Shown one piece after another: positions 25,571-34,791 of a stretch of 64,000 bases of DNA. The translations under genes were made by a program, and so were the position numbers. Position 1 is the stretch's first letter. Every line of letters starts with the position of its first letter. The notes beneath the pieces were generated by a model. The model ran no database searches and had not been told where the DNA came from. It saw nothing but the letters and a program-made list of their open reading frames with translations. This DNA is from Desulfobacteraceae bacterium (GTDB lineage Bacteria > Desulfobacterota > Desulfobacteria > Desulfobacterales > ETH-SRB1), in NCBI GenBank assembly GCA_030593145.1, contig JAUVHU010000002.1, forward strand, positions 8,238 through 72,237, given 5' to 3'.

Positions 25571-28500
25571 TTATGATTTATTCAGACTTTTCCCGCAATT
25601 TGAGCAGTACTTATCTTTCTTGTCAATCTGTTCGTTACAATTAACACAGCGCTCATGAGGCAGAGCAAGCTCCATAAGAAGCTGTCCCTTTGTAACAGGA
25701 ACCATCTTTTTATCAACTTTATAGTCGGCAAATACAGGAACTCGCTTTACAACACCGTCCACAGGAGAGGTTATGCCGTATTCAACCTTCATAAGGGCCA
25801 GGTTAAATATTTCTTCGCCTGCTTTAACATTATCTCCTGCTTTTTTGTGAACCAGCCATAGATCGGCATCAAATGGAGCGCCTATCTGATACGGATCACT
25901 TTCATCCGCCATTTCTATCCCTTTCTTTTCAGCAGCTCTCTTTTCAACCTGTATCTCTTCCACAAAAACTTCGTGGTCCAGCTTGTAGCGTATTCTTCTT
26001 GTGCCGTTTTCACTGACACGACTGAGTCGCACGACCTCTATGATATGAATTTTTCCATCAGAGGTCCTGAACTCCCTCTCAACTCCTTGTTCCAACCCTT
26101 CAAACCATATATCATCCGGAAGCACGTTCGGCTCGGCAAACTTCTCAAGATTTTTAATGAGCTTTAACGCATCGCCCGGATGATTTAAATAATTAACCAG
26201 TTCATTTTCCGTGGCTTTCCTGCCAATGTGTGAAGCTAATTCGCTTGACGACTCATCAATATTAACAGAGGGAAGAAAATCAAGAGGACTTTTTTCTGTT
26301 CTATCCGCAATTGCATCTTCCCAGGTGTCTCCGAATACAGATTGATAAATCCATTCCTGCGGCCAACCAAGTGGAAGTTTTCCGAATTTTCCAAGCAGAA
26401 GATTTTTAAAAGCGTCATTTGCGTGCACAAAAAGAATCTTGCGGTCTTCCTTTGTCTGTTCATCCATTTTATCTTCAGGAATAGAAGTAACATTTTTGAG
26501 GAGATCGATAATTCTTTGGACTTCGGGCATTCCACCACGCTCATAAGCCTTTACAACCATCATGTAGCCGTTGGTCCATGTAATCTGAGAACCCGGAGTT
26601 ACATCATGGTATCGTATCAGCTTTCGATAGAGTTCGAGTACCAGCAGTATGCTCGGAAGAAGAAACGCATACCCCTGTTTCAAAGCTCCTTCCTGGCTGC
26701 TTGAAGTGGCGCCGCCCGGAAGCCCATGCAGGGTAACATCGTGATCAATTCCAAGAAAGGTCGGCCTGCAGTAATGATCATATACAGGCATAATCTGCTT
26801 TAGAACAAACGCTGTTTCCCTGATCCTCTCTTTATCCAGACGGGTTTTCAGGCCGAGTTCCCCTTCAATGTATGCCATCACAGGCATAACCGCTGTCTGT
26901 CCGTAAAATCGAACGCTCGGGCCGTCAGCAACATCCAGTATCCTGGCTCCTGCCTGTGCCGCAGCTCCAAGGGCCGGCACGGCAAGACCGTCGGTGGCAT
27001 GGCGATGGTATTGAATAATTAAATCAGGATACTTATCGAGAATTGTCGAAACCAGACTCTTTATAAACCGCGGGGGACACACACCCGCCATGTCTTTAAG
27101 ACAAAATATGATCTCTCTTGACGCCTTATCCTTATCGCATTCCAGTATCCTCCCAACCATTGAAAGGATATCGTCAAGCACGCCAAGATAATGGGGAACA
27201 TCAAAACCCTGAGCCCAGCTCAAGCTGATAGCCGGCTGAAAAATACGGTTTTCCGTTTTAAGAACGATCTCGGCAAACGGAGCCATATTTTCGATGTGAT
27301 TCAAAAAGTCAAAACAGCGTACTACATGATAATGCTTGACGATCATCTCCCCTGTCCGCTTCATGACCTCCCTGGCCTGGGGGGCATAACCAAGCACATT
27401 TGTTGAACGGATAAGGATTAGTTTTTGGGTGTTGGGAGCAAATTCATTCCAGTCTGCCGCCTCTTCCCATGGGTCTGTAATACATCCCAGCATCGCCACA
27501 TGGTAATGGGCTCCGCCCCCATTTTCTATGGATACATATCCGCAGCGATCAATAATCGGCCCGATCAGCCGATCAGCAAAAAGACGAAATCGATTTCCTG
27601 TTTCCGACTGTGTAATATCCCTGGGAGTAGTATTGCAAAATTCTACATATTCCGAATTCCGCAAATAACTTAACACCTTATCTCGATTATCGTTAGGATT
27701 AAACAAAGGTTGATAAGAAAGGTCATTGGCAGCTTGTTTCGTAACCCGGGAGACATCTACAGCCATCGGGCCAACCCGGGAATCGCCGAATTTCCGGTAA
27801 GCTCCGAACCCGATATATGGATTATATCCCTTCGCAGTGATTTCAGCCATCAGATTTGCAAGCCGTATTTCTTCAGGAACAACCTCCCTGTAAAACATTA
27901 ATTCAGGTGTATTATCGATGAATCTTGTATCGATCTCTCCTGCCCTGAATTTGGAATGGGAAATTACCTTTTTATGAAACGGAATGGTTGTCTTAAGGCC
28001 GCCAACAAAGTACTCCATGAGAGCCCTGTCCATAGTTGCCAGGGTCTTTTCCCATGTGGCTCCATGGGTCATGAGAAGACTGGCCAAGGAATCGTAAACC
28101 TTGGGAAATTCGTATCCGTAAAACACACATGAATCAAGCCTGACACCTTCTCCGCCAGGAGAAAGATACCGCGTTATTTCGCCGGCATTGGGTCGAAAAT
28201 TGTTTTGCGGATCCTCAAAATTGATCCGGCATTGCATGGCATATCCCCTTGGCTTTAGATCATCATACTTTAATCGAAGTTTTTCACCAAAGGATATCCG
28301 TATCATTTCTTCCACTAAATCTATTCCATAAAGAATTTCTGTAATCCCATGTTCAACCTGAAGCCTGGTGTTAGCTTCAATAAAGTAAAAATTCTGTTTT
28401 TCATCCACAAGGAACTCAAATGTTCCGATAGAATCATACCCGACGGCAGATGAAATTTTTAAGGTCGCTTCTTTTAATGCTTTTCTTAATCCCTCATCCA

Positions 28501-29248
28501 TCCCCTTCCATGGAGATGGAGTAATTTCCAACAATTTTTGGTTCTTTCGCTGCGTCGAACAATCCCGTTCATTTAATACTACAGCATTACCGAATGAATC
28601 GCAGACAGCCTGTATTTCCATATGCCTGACAGATGTAAGAAATTTTTCAATGTATAGATTAGGGTTGTCGAAACTTGCTTCTGCTATGGCAGAAGCTTTT
28701 ATAAAATGATGCTCCAGCTCCTCAGGGGATTCAACAATTACGATCCCCCTTCCGCCACCGCCGCCTTCGCTCTTTATCATAACAGGATAGCCTATATCAC
28801 CGGCGATCTGTTTTGCCTCTTCGAGATCCACCGCGCTATCAGAGCCCGGTATTACCGGAACTGAAACTGATTTTGCGATATTACGGGCTGTGACTTTGTT
28901 GCCGAGTTTTTTCATGGGATCTTCGGAAGGGCCTATGAAAACAATTCCATTTTCCTTGCACAAAGAAGGAAACCGGTTGTTCTCCGCTGCAAAGCCCCAG
29001 CCGGGATGAAGAGCCTTAACATCATGCTGCTTTGCGATGCTCACTATCTCCTTTATATCCAGATATCCTTTTTCCGTGCGGATAGTGTAAGCTTTGTCTG
29101 CCTTAGAAACATGGGGCGCTGTTTTATCCTCCTCTGTAGCAAACGCCACATATATACCCCCCATTTCCCGGATAGTACGCCCTATTCTGAGAGCTGGTAT
29201 TCCACGATTGGCAACTCCTATTCTAAGATTCTGGATTGGTGAACTCAT
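25571..29248 (-). CDS. Pyruvate carboxylase-like biotin-dependent carboxylase (BC-CT-BCCP fusion) with a C-terminal zinc-ribbon tail
   Basis: ATP-grasp biotin carboxylase N-terminus (GYPVMIKSEGGGGGRGI, EANTRLQVEH). Carboxyltransferase motifs KDMAGV, YHRHATDG, LPGGATSSSQEGA, VTPGSQ. Biotinyl site ALMKVE. Tail CVNCNEQIDKKDKYCSNCG. I prefer the start at ATG 29248, which follows ggaga. Confidence 0.85.
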   Translation of the reverse strand: MSSPIQNLRIGVANRGIPALRIGRTIREMGGIYVAFATEEDKTAPHVSKADKAYTIRTEKGYLDIKEIVSIAKQHDVKALHPGWGFAAENNRFPSLCKENGIVFIGPSEDPMKKLGNKVTARNIAKSVSVPVIPGSDSAVDLEEAKQIAGDIGYPVMIKSEGGGGGRGIVIVESPEELEHHFIKASAIAEASFDNPNLYIEKFLTSVRHMEIQAVCDSFGNAVVLNERDCSTQRKNQKLLEITPSPWKGMDEGLRKALKEATLKISSAVGYDSIGTFEFLVDEKQNFYFIEANTRLQVEHGITEILYGIDLVEEMIRISFGEKLRLKYDDLKPRGYAMQCRINFEDPQNNFRPNAGEITRYLSPGGEGVRLDSCVFYGYEFPKVYDSLASLLMTHGATWEKTLATMDRALMEYFVGGLKTTIPFHKKVISHSKFRAGEIDTRFIDNTPELMFYREVVPEEIRLANLMAEITAKGYNPYIGFGAYRKFGDSRVGPMAVDVSRVTKQAANDLSYQPLFNPNDNRDKVLSYLRNSEYVEFCNTTPRDITQSETGNRFRLFADRLIGPIIDRCGYVSIENGGGAHYHVAMLGCITDPWEEAADWNEFAPNTQKLILIRSTNVLGYAPQAREVMKRTGEMIVKHYHVVRCFDFLNHIENMAPFAEIVLKTENRIFQPAISLSWAQGFDVPHYLGVLDDILSMVGRILECDKDKASREIIFCLKDMAGVCPPRFIKSLVSTILDKYPDLIIQYHRHATDGLAVPALGAAAQAGARILDVADGPSVRFYGQTAVMPVMAYIEGELGLKTRLDKERIRETAFVLKQIMPVYDHYCRPTFLGIDHDVTLHGLPGGATSSSQEGALKQGYAFLLPSILLVLELYRKLIRYHDVTPGSQITWTNGYMMVVKAYERGGMPEVQRIIDLLKNVTSIPEDKMDEQTKEDRKILFVHANDAFKNLLLGKFGKLPLGWPQEWIYQSVFGDTWEDAIADRTEKSPLDFLPSVNIDESSSELASHIGRKATENELVNYLNHPGDALKLIKNLEKFAEPNVLPDDIWFEGLEQGVEREFRTSDGKIHIIEVVRLSRVSENGTRRIRYKLDHEVFVEEIQVEKRAAEKKGIEMADESDPYQIGAPFDADLWLVHKKAGDNVKAGEEIFNLALMKVEYGITSPVDGVVKRVPVFADYKVDKKMVPVTKGQLLMELALPHERCVNCNEQIDKKDKYCSNCGKSLNKS

Positions 29249-29298
29249 GATAATTTCTCCATTAATATTTGAAACTTTTAAGGTAAAGCGAGGCAGCA

Positions 29299-29465
29299 AA
29301 CTTTTTACGAAAGCATAAAATTTGATGGCGTTGTAAAAAGTCTAAAAATTGCTGTTTGTAAAATGTGTTGAGTGTTAAGTATTTAATATAACAATTAAAT
29401 GTTTTATTTCAACACTTAACACTTAACACTTAATGAATTCGACTTTTTATGAATTCATCAAACTT
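29299..29465. repeat. Family A composite repeat, copy 4
   Basis: Modules present: actttttacgaaagcataaaatttgatggcgttgtaaaaagtc; gtgttgagtgttaag ... aacacttaacacttaacactta; tgaattcgactttttatgaattcatca. Confidence 0.85.
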
Positions 29466-29831
29466 TATTATTATAGATTAATTTTTTATAAAAATCTATA
29501 CATAAAATAAATTTATTGTAATCTAGGCATACTGTTTCATCATGGTTCACAATATTCCGCTAAAATTCAGCATTTGCGCTGCCTGGCGAGGATGTTTGGA
29601 ATTTGGAGATTAGAACAAACGATTTCGGTTTACATGGGAAAAACATAATTTAACTCAAACTCTTTTTCGCTTGACGTTTTATAATAATCTGTTAGTCAAT
29701 AATAGTAATAGTAAGCAAAACCTTTGCAAATACTTACTCAAAGGTCTCAATGAAAATTAACTATTACCTAAATTGAGCAATTTTTGGGAAAGGGCATCTC
29801 GTCAAGACAGAAAGAGATGCTTTTTTATTTA

Positions 29832-30317
29832 ATGACAACAAAACTGCAAAACAAGCATACTTCTCTCATAGGAATCATCTCGGATACCCATGGTTTTCTG
29901 CACCCTATGGCTGCCAAAGCCTTAAAAAATACCGACCTGATCATTCATGCCGGAGACATAAACGGGCCTGTTCTGCTTTCGACTTTACAGTCTATAGCTC
30001 CTGTCGTTGCCGTACGCGGCAATATGGATAAAGGCAAATGGGCTTTGGAATTACCTGAAACAGAAATAGTTGAGGTTGGCGAAGTGTTGCTGTATGTTCT
30101 TCATGACCTGAATAAACTTGATATAGATCCTGCTGCCGCCGGTTTTAGCGCTGTCATAAGCGGCCATTTCCACCACCCTTTTTGCGAAAAAACAAATGGC
30201 GTACTATTTTTAAATCCTGGAAGCGCCTCCCTGCCGCGCTCAAATTATACAGCCTCAGTAGCCCTGATGTATGTTCACGAAAGATCTCTGGATATCAAAT
30301 TCATCGAACTTGAATAA
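29832..30317 (+). CDS. YfcE/MJ0936-family metallophosphoesterase
   Basis: Motifs: IGIISDTHG, IHAGDI, VRGNMD, GHFHHP, LNPGS. The start is uncertain: tracked at 29784, with an ATG at 29832. Confidence 0.8.
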   Translation: MTTKLQNKHTSLIGIISDTHGFLHPMAAKALKNTDLIIHAGDINGPVLLSTLQSIAPVVAVRGNMDKGKWALELPETEIVEVGEVLLYVLHDLNKLDIDPAAAGFSAVISGHFHHPFCEKTNGVLFLNPGSASLPRSNYTASVALMYVHERSLDIKFIELE

Positions 30318-30333
30318 AATCCAGATCTAGGTT

Positions 30334-30481
30334 GAGCGATTTATTGCGAAGATATGGCCGATATCTTGATGCATAAGGGTTTGCAAAAACCACAGGCATA
30401 CCCGTGGATATGTCGAGGATTTTCGTCCCGCCCAGACGGAAATGCGCAAGAGATCAGTGCAGATCGAGTAAAAAATCGCTC
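30334..30481. repeat. Long nested-hairpin intergenic element (superfamily H), flanked by TAGGTT motifs
   Basis: Terminal inverted repeat ttgagcgattt (30332-30342) / aaatcgctcaa (30473-30483). TAGGTT occurs at 30328-30333 and 30486-30491. The core shares aatcctcg, atgcctgtggtt and tgcaaa blocks (inverted) with 57565-57625. Confidence 0.8.
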
Positions 30482-30504
30482 AATTTAGGTTTAACCCGGA
30501 TATT

Positions 30505-31755
30505 TTACGAACCGTTATTATCCTGATCTTGCGGCTTTGGAAGAAAAAAGATTATTGGCACTCCTGACAACCCTAACAAAGCGCTCACAGTAAGAGCAGT
30601 TTTCAGACCAAGCAAATCTGCAAACCATCCTACAAAAAATATAGCCGCGGCAGTAGCAACAAAGCTAATACCCATATACAAGCCATTGGCGGTTCCTCTG
30701 TGGTTTCTTGAATAGTCCTGAACAATAGCAAGGGTTACAGGCGAAGCAGCGAAAAGACATAATCCCAACAATGCCAGTATGGGAAATAATATCCAGCCAG
30801 TGGCATGTACAAAGGCGATCATTAAAATACTTGAAACCGGCATGGATGTAGAAAGTACCGTTTTTCGTCCTACCCTGTCGCTGAGCGTACCTCCAACAAA
30901 GGTGCCAACAGCGCCAAACGCCTCAAGAACCGCCAAGCCTATTCCTCCTGCCAACAAACTCTTCCCGGACACAACCATATATGTTGGAAGAAATGCAACA
31001 AGCGTAGCGACCATAAACGCACGGGAAATCATTATACCCGTTAATGGAATTATAAGACGACGTAATGCCCTCCACGTTTTCCCAAGATCGCCCTCTAGCT
31101 GTCTGTCGGAACAGGTTCCTGCATCCTTCATATAGATGAACAATAAAACTGATGCTAACAGACCGACAATCATAACAGGGTAGCTTCCTTCAAATCCCCA
31201 AAAGGACACAGCCCCTACTGCAACGAGAGGACCAACTGTTCTCGCCAGTTCTCCTGCAGTCATCCAGAAGCTCATTCCTCTGCCAAGCGCCCTATCCGAG
31301 ATCCTTGCAATCATGACCGGTCCAAGGACGTGGAAAACCGCCGCACTCATTCCGGCAATTAACAAAAGGATACACACAAGAATATAATTAGGAGCAACAC
31401 CGATCAAACTCATTGAGACCGCTGTAACAAAAGGAGCCCAGATTGCCAGGTATCGCATATCAATACGGTCGGACATTACTCCTAAAAGAGGATTTAAAAG
31501 AGATGGGAGCCGAAAAAAAACCGTTAATGATCCGGCAAGGGTCATGGTCAGCCCGAACTTAGCTATAAGAAGCGGCAAAAATACTGCCAGAAAGCTTGAG
31601 TAAACATCATGTATAAAATGCCCTCCGGAAATAATTAATATCCTGGAGGCCTTAAAATCTGATCTTTTATTAATCAATGCTACCTCATATAAATCAGCAA
31701 AATAGAATAAATGCAAGCGTTTACGGAACGTTGAAATCAGAAATTGGACATTCAT
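30505..31755 (-). CDS. MFS transporter
   Basis: 416 aa with about 12 hydrophobic segments. An MFS loop motif (GVMSDRIDMR) lies between TM2 and TM3. Confidence 0.8.
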   Translation of the reverse strand: MNVQFLISTFRKRLHLFYFADLYEVALINKRSDFKASRILIISGGHFIHDVYSSFLAVFLPLLIAKFGLTMTLAGSLTVFFRLPSLLNPLLGVMSDRIDMRYLAIWAPFVTAVSMSLIGVAPNYILVCILLLIAGMSAAVFHVLGPVMIARISDRALGRGMSFWMTAGELARTVGPLVAVGAVSFWGFEGSYPVMIVGLLASVLLFIYMKDAGTCSDRQLEGDLGKTWRALRRLIIPLTGIMISRAFMVATLVAFLPTYMVVSGKSLLAGGIGLAVLEAFGAVGTFVGGTLSDRVGRKTVLSTSMPVSSILMIAFVHATGWILFPILALLGLCLFAASPVTLAIVQDYSRNHRGTANGLYMGISFVATAAAIFFVGWFADLLGLKTALTVSALLGLSGVPIIFFLPKPQDQDNNGS

Positions 31756-32005
31756 GTTTTTGTGCTTCTAATAACGCTTTTGCCAATTTGTAAACATCCG
31801 GCTCGTAAACTCGTTTCATCTCTCCCAAATTTCTACTTTCCAATTTCAAGTTTCAAGCCGTAAATGACTACATAAATAATAAATCTATCATTTAACAGGT
31901 CGTTGCTCAATCTTTAATATAACACTGCCAATATTGATGTTGACAAAACAGTGCGTCAGAATTAATTAAAGTTGAAATCGAACAAAAAAACAAAAGGAGA
32001 ATAAA

Positions 32006-32350
32006 ATGAAAAAGATTGCAATAGTTGGTTGCGGCACATACATGGACAGCGGCTATGGCTGTCCCGGAGAATGGAGATGCCTTAAGGCGGCTGCTCTTGG
32101 AGATGGTAATTTTGATGACCCCTCTCAGTTAATAGCACATGTAAAATGTATATGCCCCGGCCGAGCCACCGCTACTAATGTGGGCATGGCAATAAAGTTG
32201 TCGGAAATAAAACCGGATATCATTTATCTCAGCTCATGTCTTGTCAATGCCAAACCGGGATGTCCTTACTCCACCCCTGAAGAAAAAGCTAAATTTCTGG
32301 AAGAAAAGACCGGAATTAAAGTGGTTCTTGGCACACACGATTATCATTAA
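32006..32350 (+). CDS. CGGC-domain family small Cys-rich protein
   Basis: 114 aa with a strong RBS (aaggaga). The pattern MKKIAIVGCG...C..C...CICPGR...IYLSSC...CPY...VVLGTHDY resembles the CGGC domain. Confidence 0.55.
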   Translation: MKKIAIVGCGTYMDSGYGCPGEWRCLKAAALGDGNFDDPSQLIAHVKCICPGRATATNVGMAIKLSEIKPDIIYLSSCLVNAKPGCPYSTPEEKAKFLEEKTGIKVVLGTHDYH

Positions 32351-32363
32351 TACTTGTGAAGCT

Positions 32364-32397
32364 CCCCCAGTCCGCTTCTGGCGGGCAGGGGGATTTT
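32364..32397 (+). terminator. Rho-independent terminator after the CGGC-domain gene
   Basis: cccccagtccgc-ttctg-gcgggcaggggg forms a 12-bp stem with 2 mismatches, followed by atttt. Confidence 0.55.
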
Positions 32398-32406
32398 AGC
32401 TGTTTT

Positions 32407-32563
32407 GACCTACGTTAAGCGATTAGCTGTTAGCAATTAGCCGTTAGCTCTTATTAGTTCGGGTGGTTACCAGCGATTCGATTTTCACCCATTGGGTGAA
32501 ATGTTGACCTCTAACAACATATTGAAATTATTGTGCTAAAAGCTAATGGCTAATCGCTCATTT
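32407..32563. repeat. Nested-hairpin element E1 with central TTTCACCCA-T-TGGGTGAAA palindrome
   Basis: Arms gttaagcgattagctgttagcaattagccgttagc (32414-32448) and gctaaaagctaatggctaatcgctca (32535-32560). The 19-bp palindrome lies at 32483-32501. The element ends at TTTAGGTTTAA (32562-32572), 2 nt before the U32 ATG. Confidence 0.85.
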
Positions 32564-32574
32564 TAGGTTTAAAT

Positions 32575-34581
32575 ATGATGCAAATTCAAAAATGTACAAA
32601 GCCATTACAAAGATCAGTTCCTCTAATCCTTGCTCCTGCCGGAAATAAAGCTTCTTTCTTAGCCGCTCTTGCGGCCGGCGCTGATGCTGTCTACTGCGGA
32701 CTGAAAAACTTTTCCGCTCGCATGGAAACAAAAAACTTCACGGTTGAAGAACTTATTCCTCTAAAACAGCTTGCTCATGATATGGGCGTTAAGGTTTATG
32801 TGGCCTTAAACTCTATATTAAAACCTGATGACATAAACAAAGTCAGAGAAATACTTGTTGAGTTAAATCGATTTGTAAGGCCGGATGCTCTCATAATTCA
32901 GGACCTGTCATTAGTGGAACTGGCAAGACAGACAGGTTTTTCAGGCGAACTTCATCTATCAACACTGGCCAATATCAGCCTTCCGGCAGCCTTGAAATCC
33001 ATCCGGAAAAACCTCGGAATCAATCGTGTTGTTATTCCAAGAGAACTCAGCATAGATGAAATAAAGACCATGGCATCAGCCTGCCCCCACGGCCTTTCCC
33101 TGGAAGTATTCGTGCATGGAGCTCTTTGCTATGGAGTTTCCGGAAGATGTTATTGGAGCAGCTATTTTGGCGGGAAAAGCGGTCTCAGGGGGAGATGTGT
33201 ACAGCCATGCCGCAGGCTTTACACACAAAAGGGACAAAAAAGAAGATTCTTTTCATGCCAGGATCTCAGCCTTGACGTTCTCGCTAAGGTTCTTTTGTCT
33301 GTTCCTGAAGTAAGTACCTGGAAAATCGAAGGCCGCAAAAAAGGCCCGCATTATGTCTTTTATACAACACGGGCGTACAGAATTTTAAGAGATCATGGAA
33401 CAGATCCAAAGATGAAAAAAATCGCACTCGGACTTCTTGAATATGCCTTGGGACGAACAGGAACCCATTACAATTTTTTATCACAACGGCCACAAAACCC
33501 CATTAATATCGATGGCCAAAGCGGCTCAGGCCTTCTTGTAGGAAAAATACAGGGCGGAAAACAAAAACCATATTTAAATCCAAGAATAGAACTTTTGCCA
33601 AAAGATCTCCTGCGAATCGGATATGAGGACGAGTCATGGCATACAATTCACAGGGTAACCAAATATGTGCCTAAAAGAGGACGTCTGTATCTGAAGCTTC
33701 CTTCTAAAAAAAAGGGCGCCGGCATGGCGCCGGTTTTTCTCACAAACAGGCTGGAAAAAGCACTTGGAGAAATGTTATCCAAACTGGAAAAAAAACTTGC
33801 CTGCCAACAAAAGAGGCAACCTGCCACTTCGACCTTTATTGCCAAACTTCCTGCCAAAAAATCAAAAATATCAGAGAAAAAAGGAAAGATACTTGAACTG
33901 CATGTACACAGAAAACCAAACAGCTTAAAACAGGGGCTGACCGGCGCATGGCTGTCTGCCGAAGCTCAAAAGGAGTTGCAAAAGAGTATTAAGCAAAAAA
34001 TCTGGTGGTGGCTTCCCCCTGTAACCTGGCCTGAGGATGAGACAAAACAAAAAGAACTAATCGAACTCGCCAGAAAAAACGGCAGCCGGAATTTTGTGCT
34101 AAACTCTCCGTGGCAGATAAACCTTTTCTCAAACCCAAAAAAATTGAACCTCTGGGCCGGGCCATTTTGCAATATCGCAAACAATCCAGCCATAAACATC
34201 CTGTCATCACTTGGTTTTGCCGGTGTATTTGTAAGCCCGGAACTTGGCCGTAAAGATTATTTGCTCCTTCCAAAACACAGCCCCCTGCCACTTGGCATAG
34301 TTATCGAAGGATACTGGCCTGTCAGCGTATCACGAATCCTTTGTAAGGATTTTAAAACAGAAATAATTTTTTCAAGCCCAAAAGGGGAAGATGCCTGGGT
34401 CAAAAAACAGGAATCAGATTTCTGGATCTATCCAAACTGGAAGCTTGATATAAAAAGTAAAAAAGATGAACTTCAAAAGGCAGGTTACAGCTTGTTTGCA
34501 TATCTTCATGAACCACTTCCGGCAAATGTTAAGCTAAAAAAAAGACCGGGGTTGTGGAACTGGAATTTGGACTTGCTATAG
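32575..34581 (+). CDS. Peptidase U32 family protein (collagenase-like / RlhA-UbiU-TrhP superfamily)
   Basis: 668 aa. The N-terminus ILAPAGNKASFLAALAAGADAVYCGLKNFSARM is typical for the U32 family, as is the Cys-rich segment GALCYGVSGRCYWSSYFGGKSGLRGRCVQPCR. Confidence 0.8.
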   Translation: MMQIQKCTKPLQRSVPLILAPAGNKASFLAALAAGADAVYCGLKNFSARMETKNFTVEELIPLKQLAHDMGVKVYVALNSILKPDDINKVREILVELNRFVRPDALIIQDLSLVELARQTGFSGELHLSTLANISLPAALKSIRKNLGINRVVIPRELSIDEIKTMASACPHGLSLEVFVHGALCYGVSGRCYWSSYFGGKSGLRGRCVQPCRRLYTQKGQKRRFFSCQDLSLDVLAKVLLSVPEVSTWKIEGRKKGPHYVFYTTRAYRILRDHGTDPKMKKIALGLLEYALGRTGTHYNFLSQRPQNPINIDGQSGSGLLVGKIQGGKQKPYLNPRIELLPKDLLRIGYEDESWHTIHRVTKYVPKRGRLYLKLPSKKKGAGMAPVFLTNRLEKALGEMLSKLEKKLACQQKRQPATSTFIAKLPAKKSKISEKKGKILELHVHRKPNSLKQGLTGAWLSAEAQKELQKSIKQKIWWWLPPVTWPEDETKQKELIELARKNGSRNFVLNSPWQINLFSNPKKLNLWAGPFCNIANNPAINILSSLGFAGVFVSPELGRKDYLLLPKHSPLPLGIVIEGYWPVSVSRILCKDFKTEIIFSSPKGEDAWVKKQESDFWIYPNWKLDIKSKKDELQKAGYSLFAYLHEPLPANVKLKKRPGLWNWNLDLL

Positions 34582-34584
34582 GTT

Positions 34585-34791
34585 TAACCTGGGTTAAGCG
34601 GTTCAACGTTCACGGTTCACGGTTGAAAAGGCATAACTGTCTGATATCAAAAAGATGCTATCTCAGTAGGGATAACACACATGTTTCACCCAATGGGTGA
34701 AAGAAGTTAATCCAGATGATGTGTTATAAAGTGATGGATGTCAATAGATTATAAACATTGAACCCTGAACCTTGAACCGATCACTTTAGGT
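34585..34791. repeat. Nested-hairpin element E2 with central TTTCACCCA-A-TGGGTGAAA palindrome
   Basis: Arms gggttaagcggttcaacgttcacggttcacggtt (left) and attgaaccctgaaccttgaaccgatcac (right). The palindrome lies at 34684-34702. TAGGTTTAA occurs on both flanks (34580-34588 and 34787-34795). Confidence 0.85.

Noticed and set aside
29371-29440. CRISPR-like appearance of the short tandem words aacacttaacacttaacactta, gttcacggttcacgg and ccttgaatccttgaatcc.
   Set aside because: The units are only 7-9 bp, directly abutting, with no spacers and no regular 25-40 bp repeat/spacer periodicity. No cas genes are present in the window.
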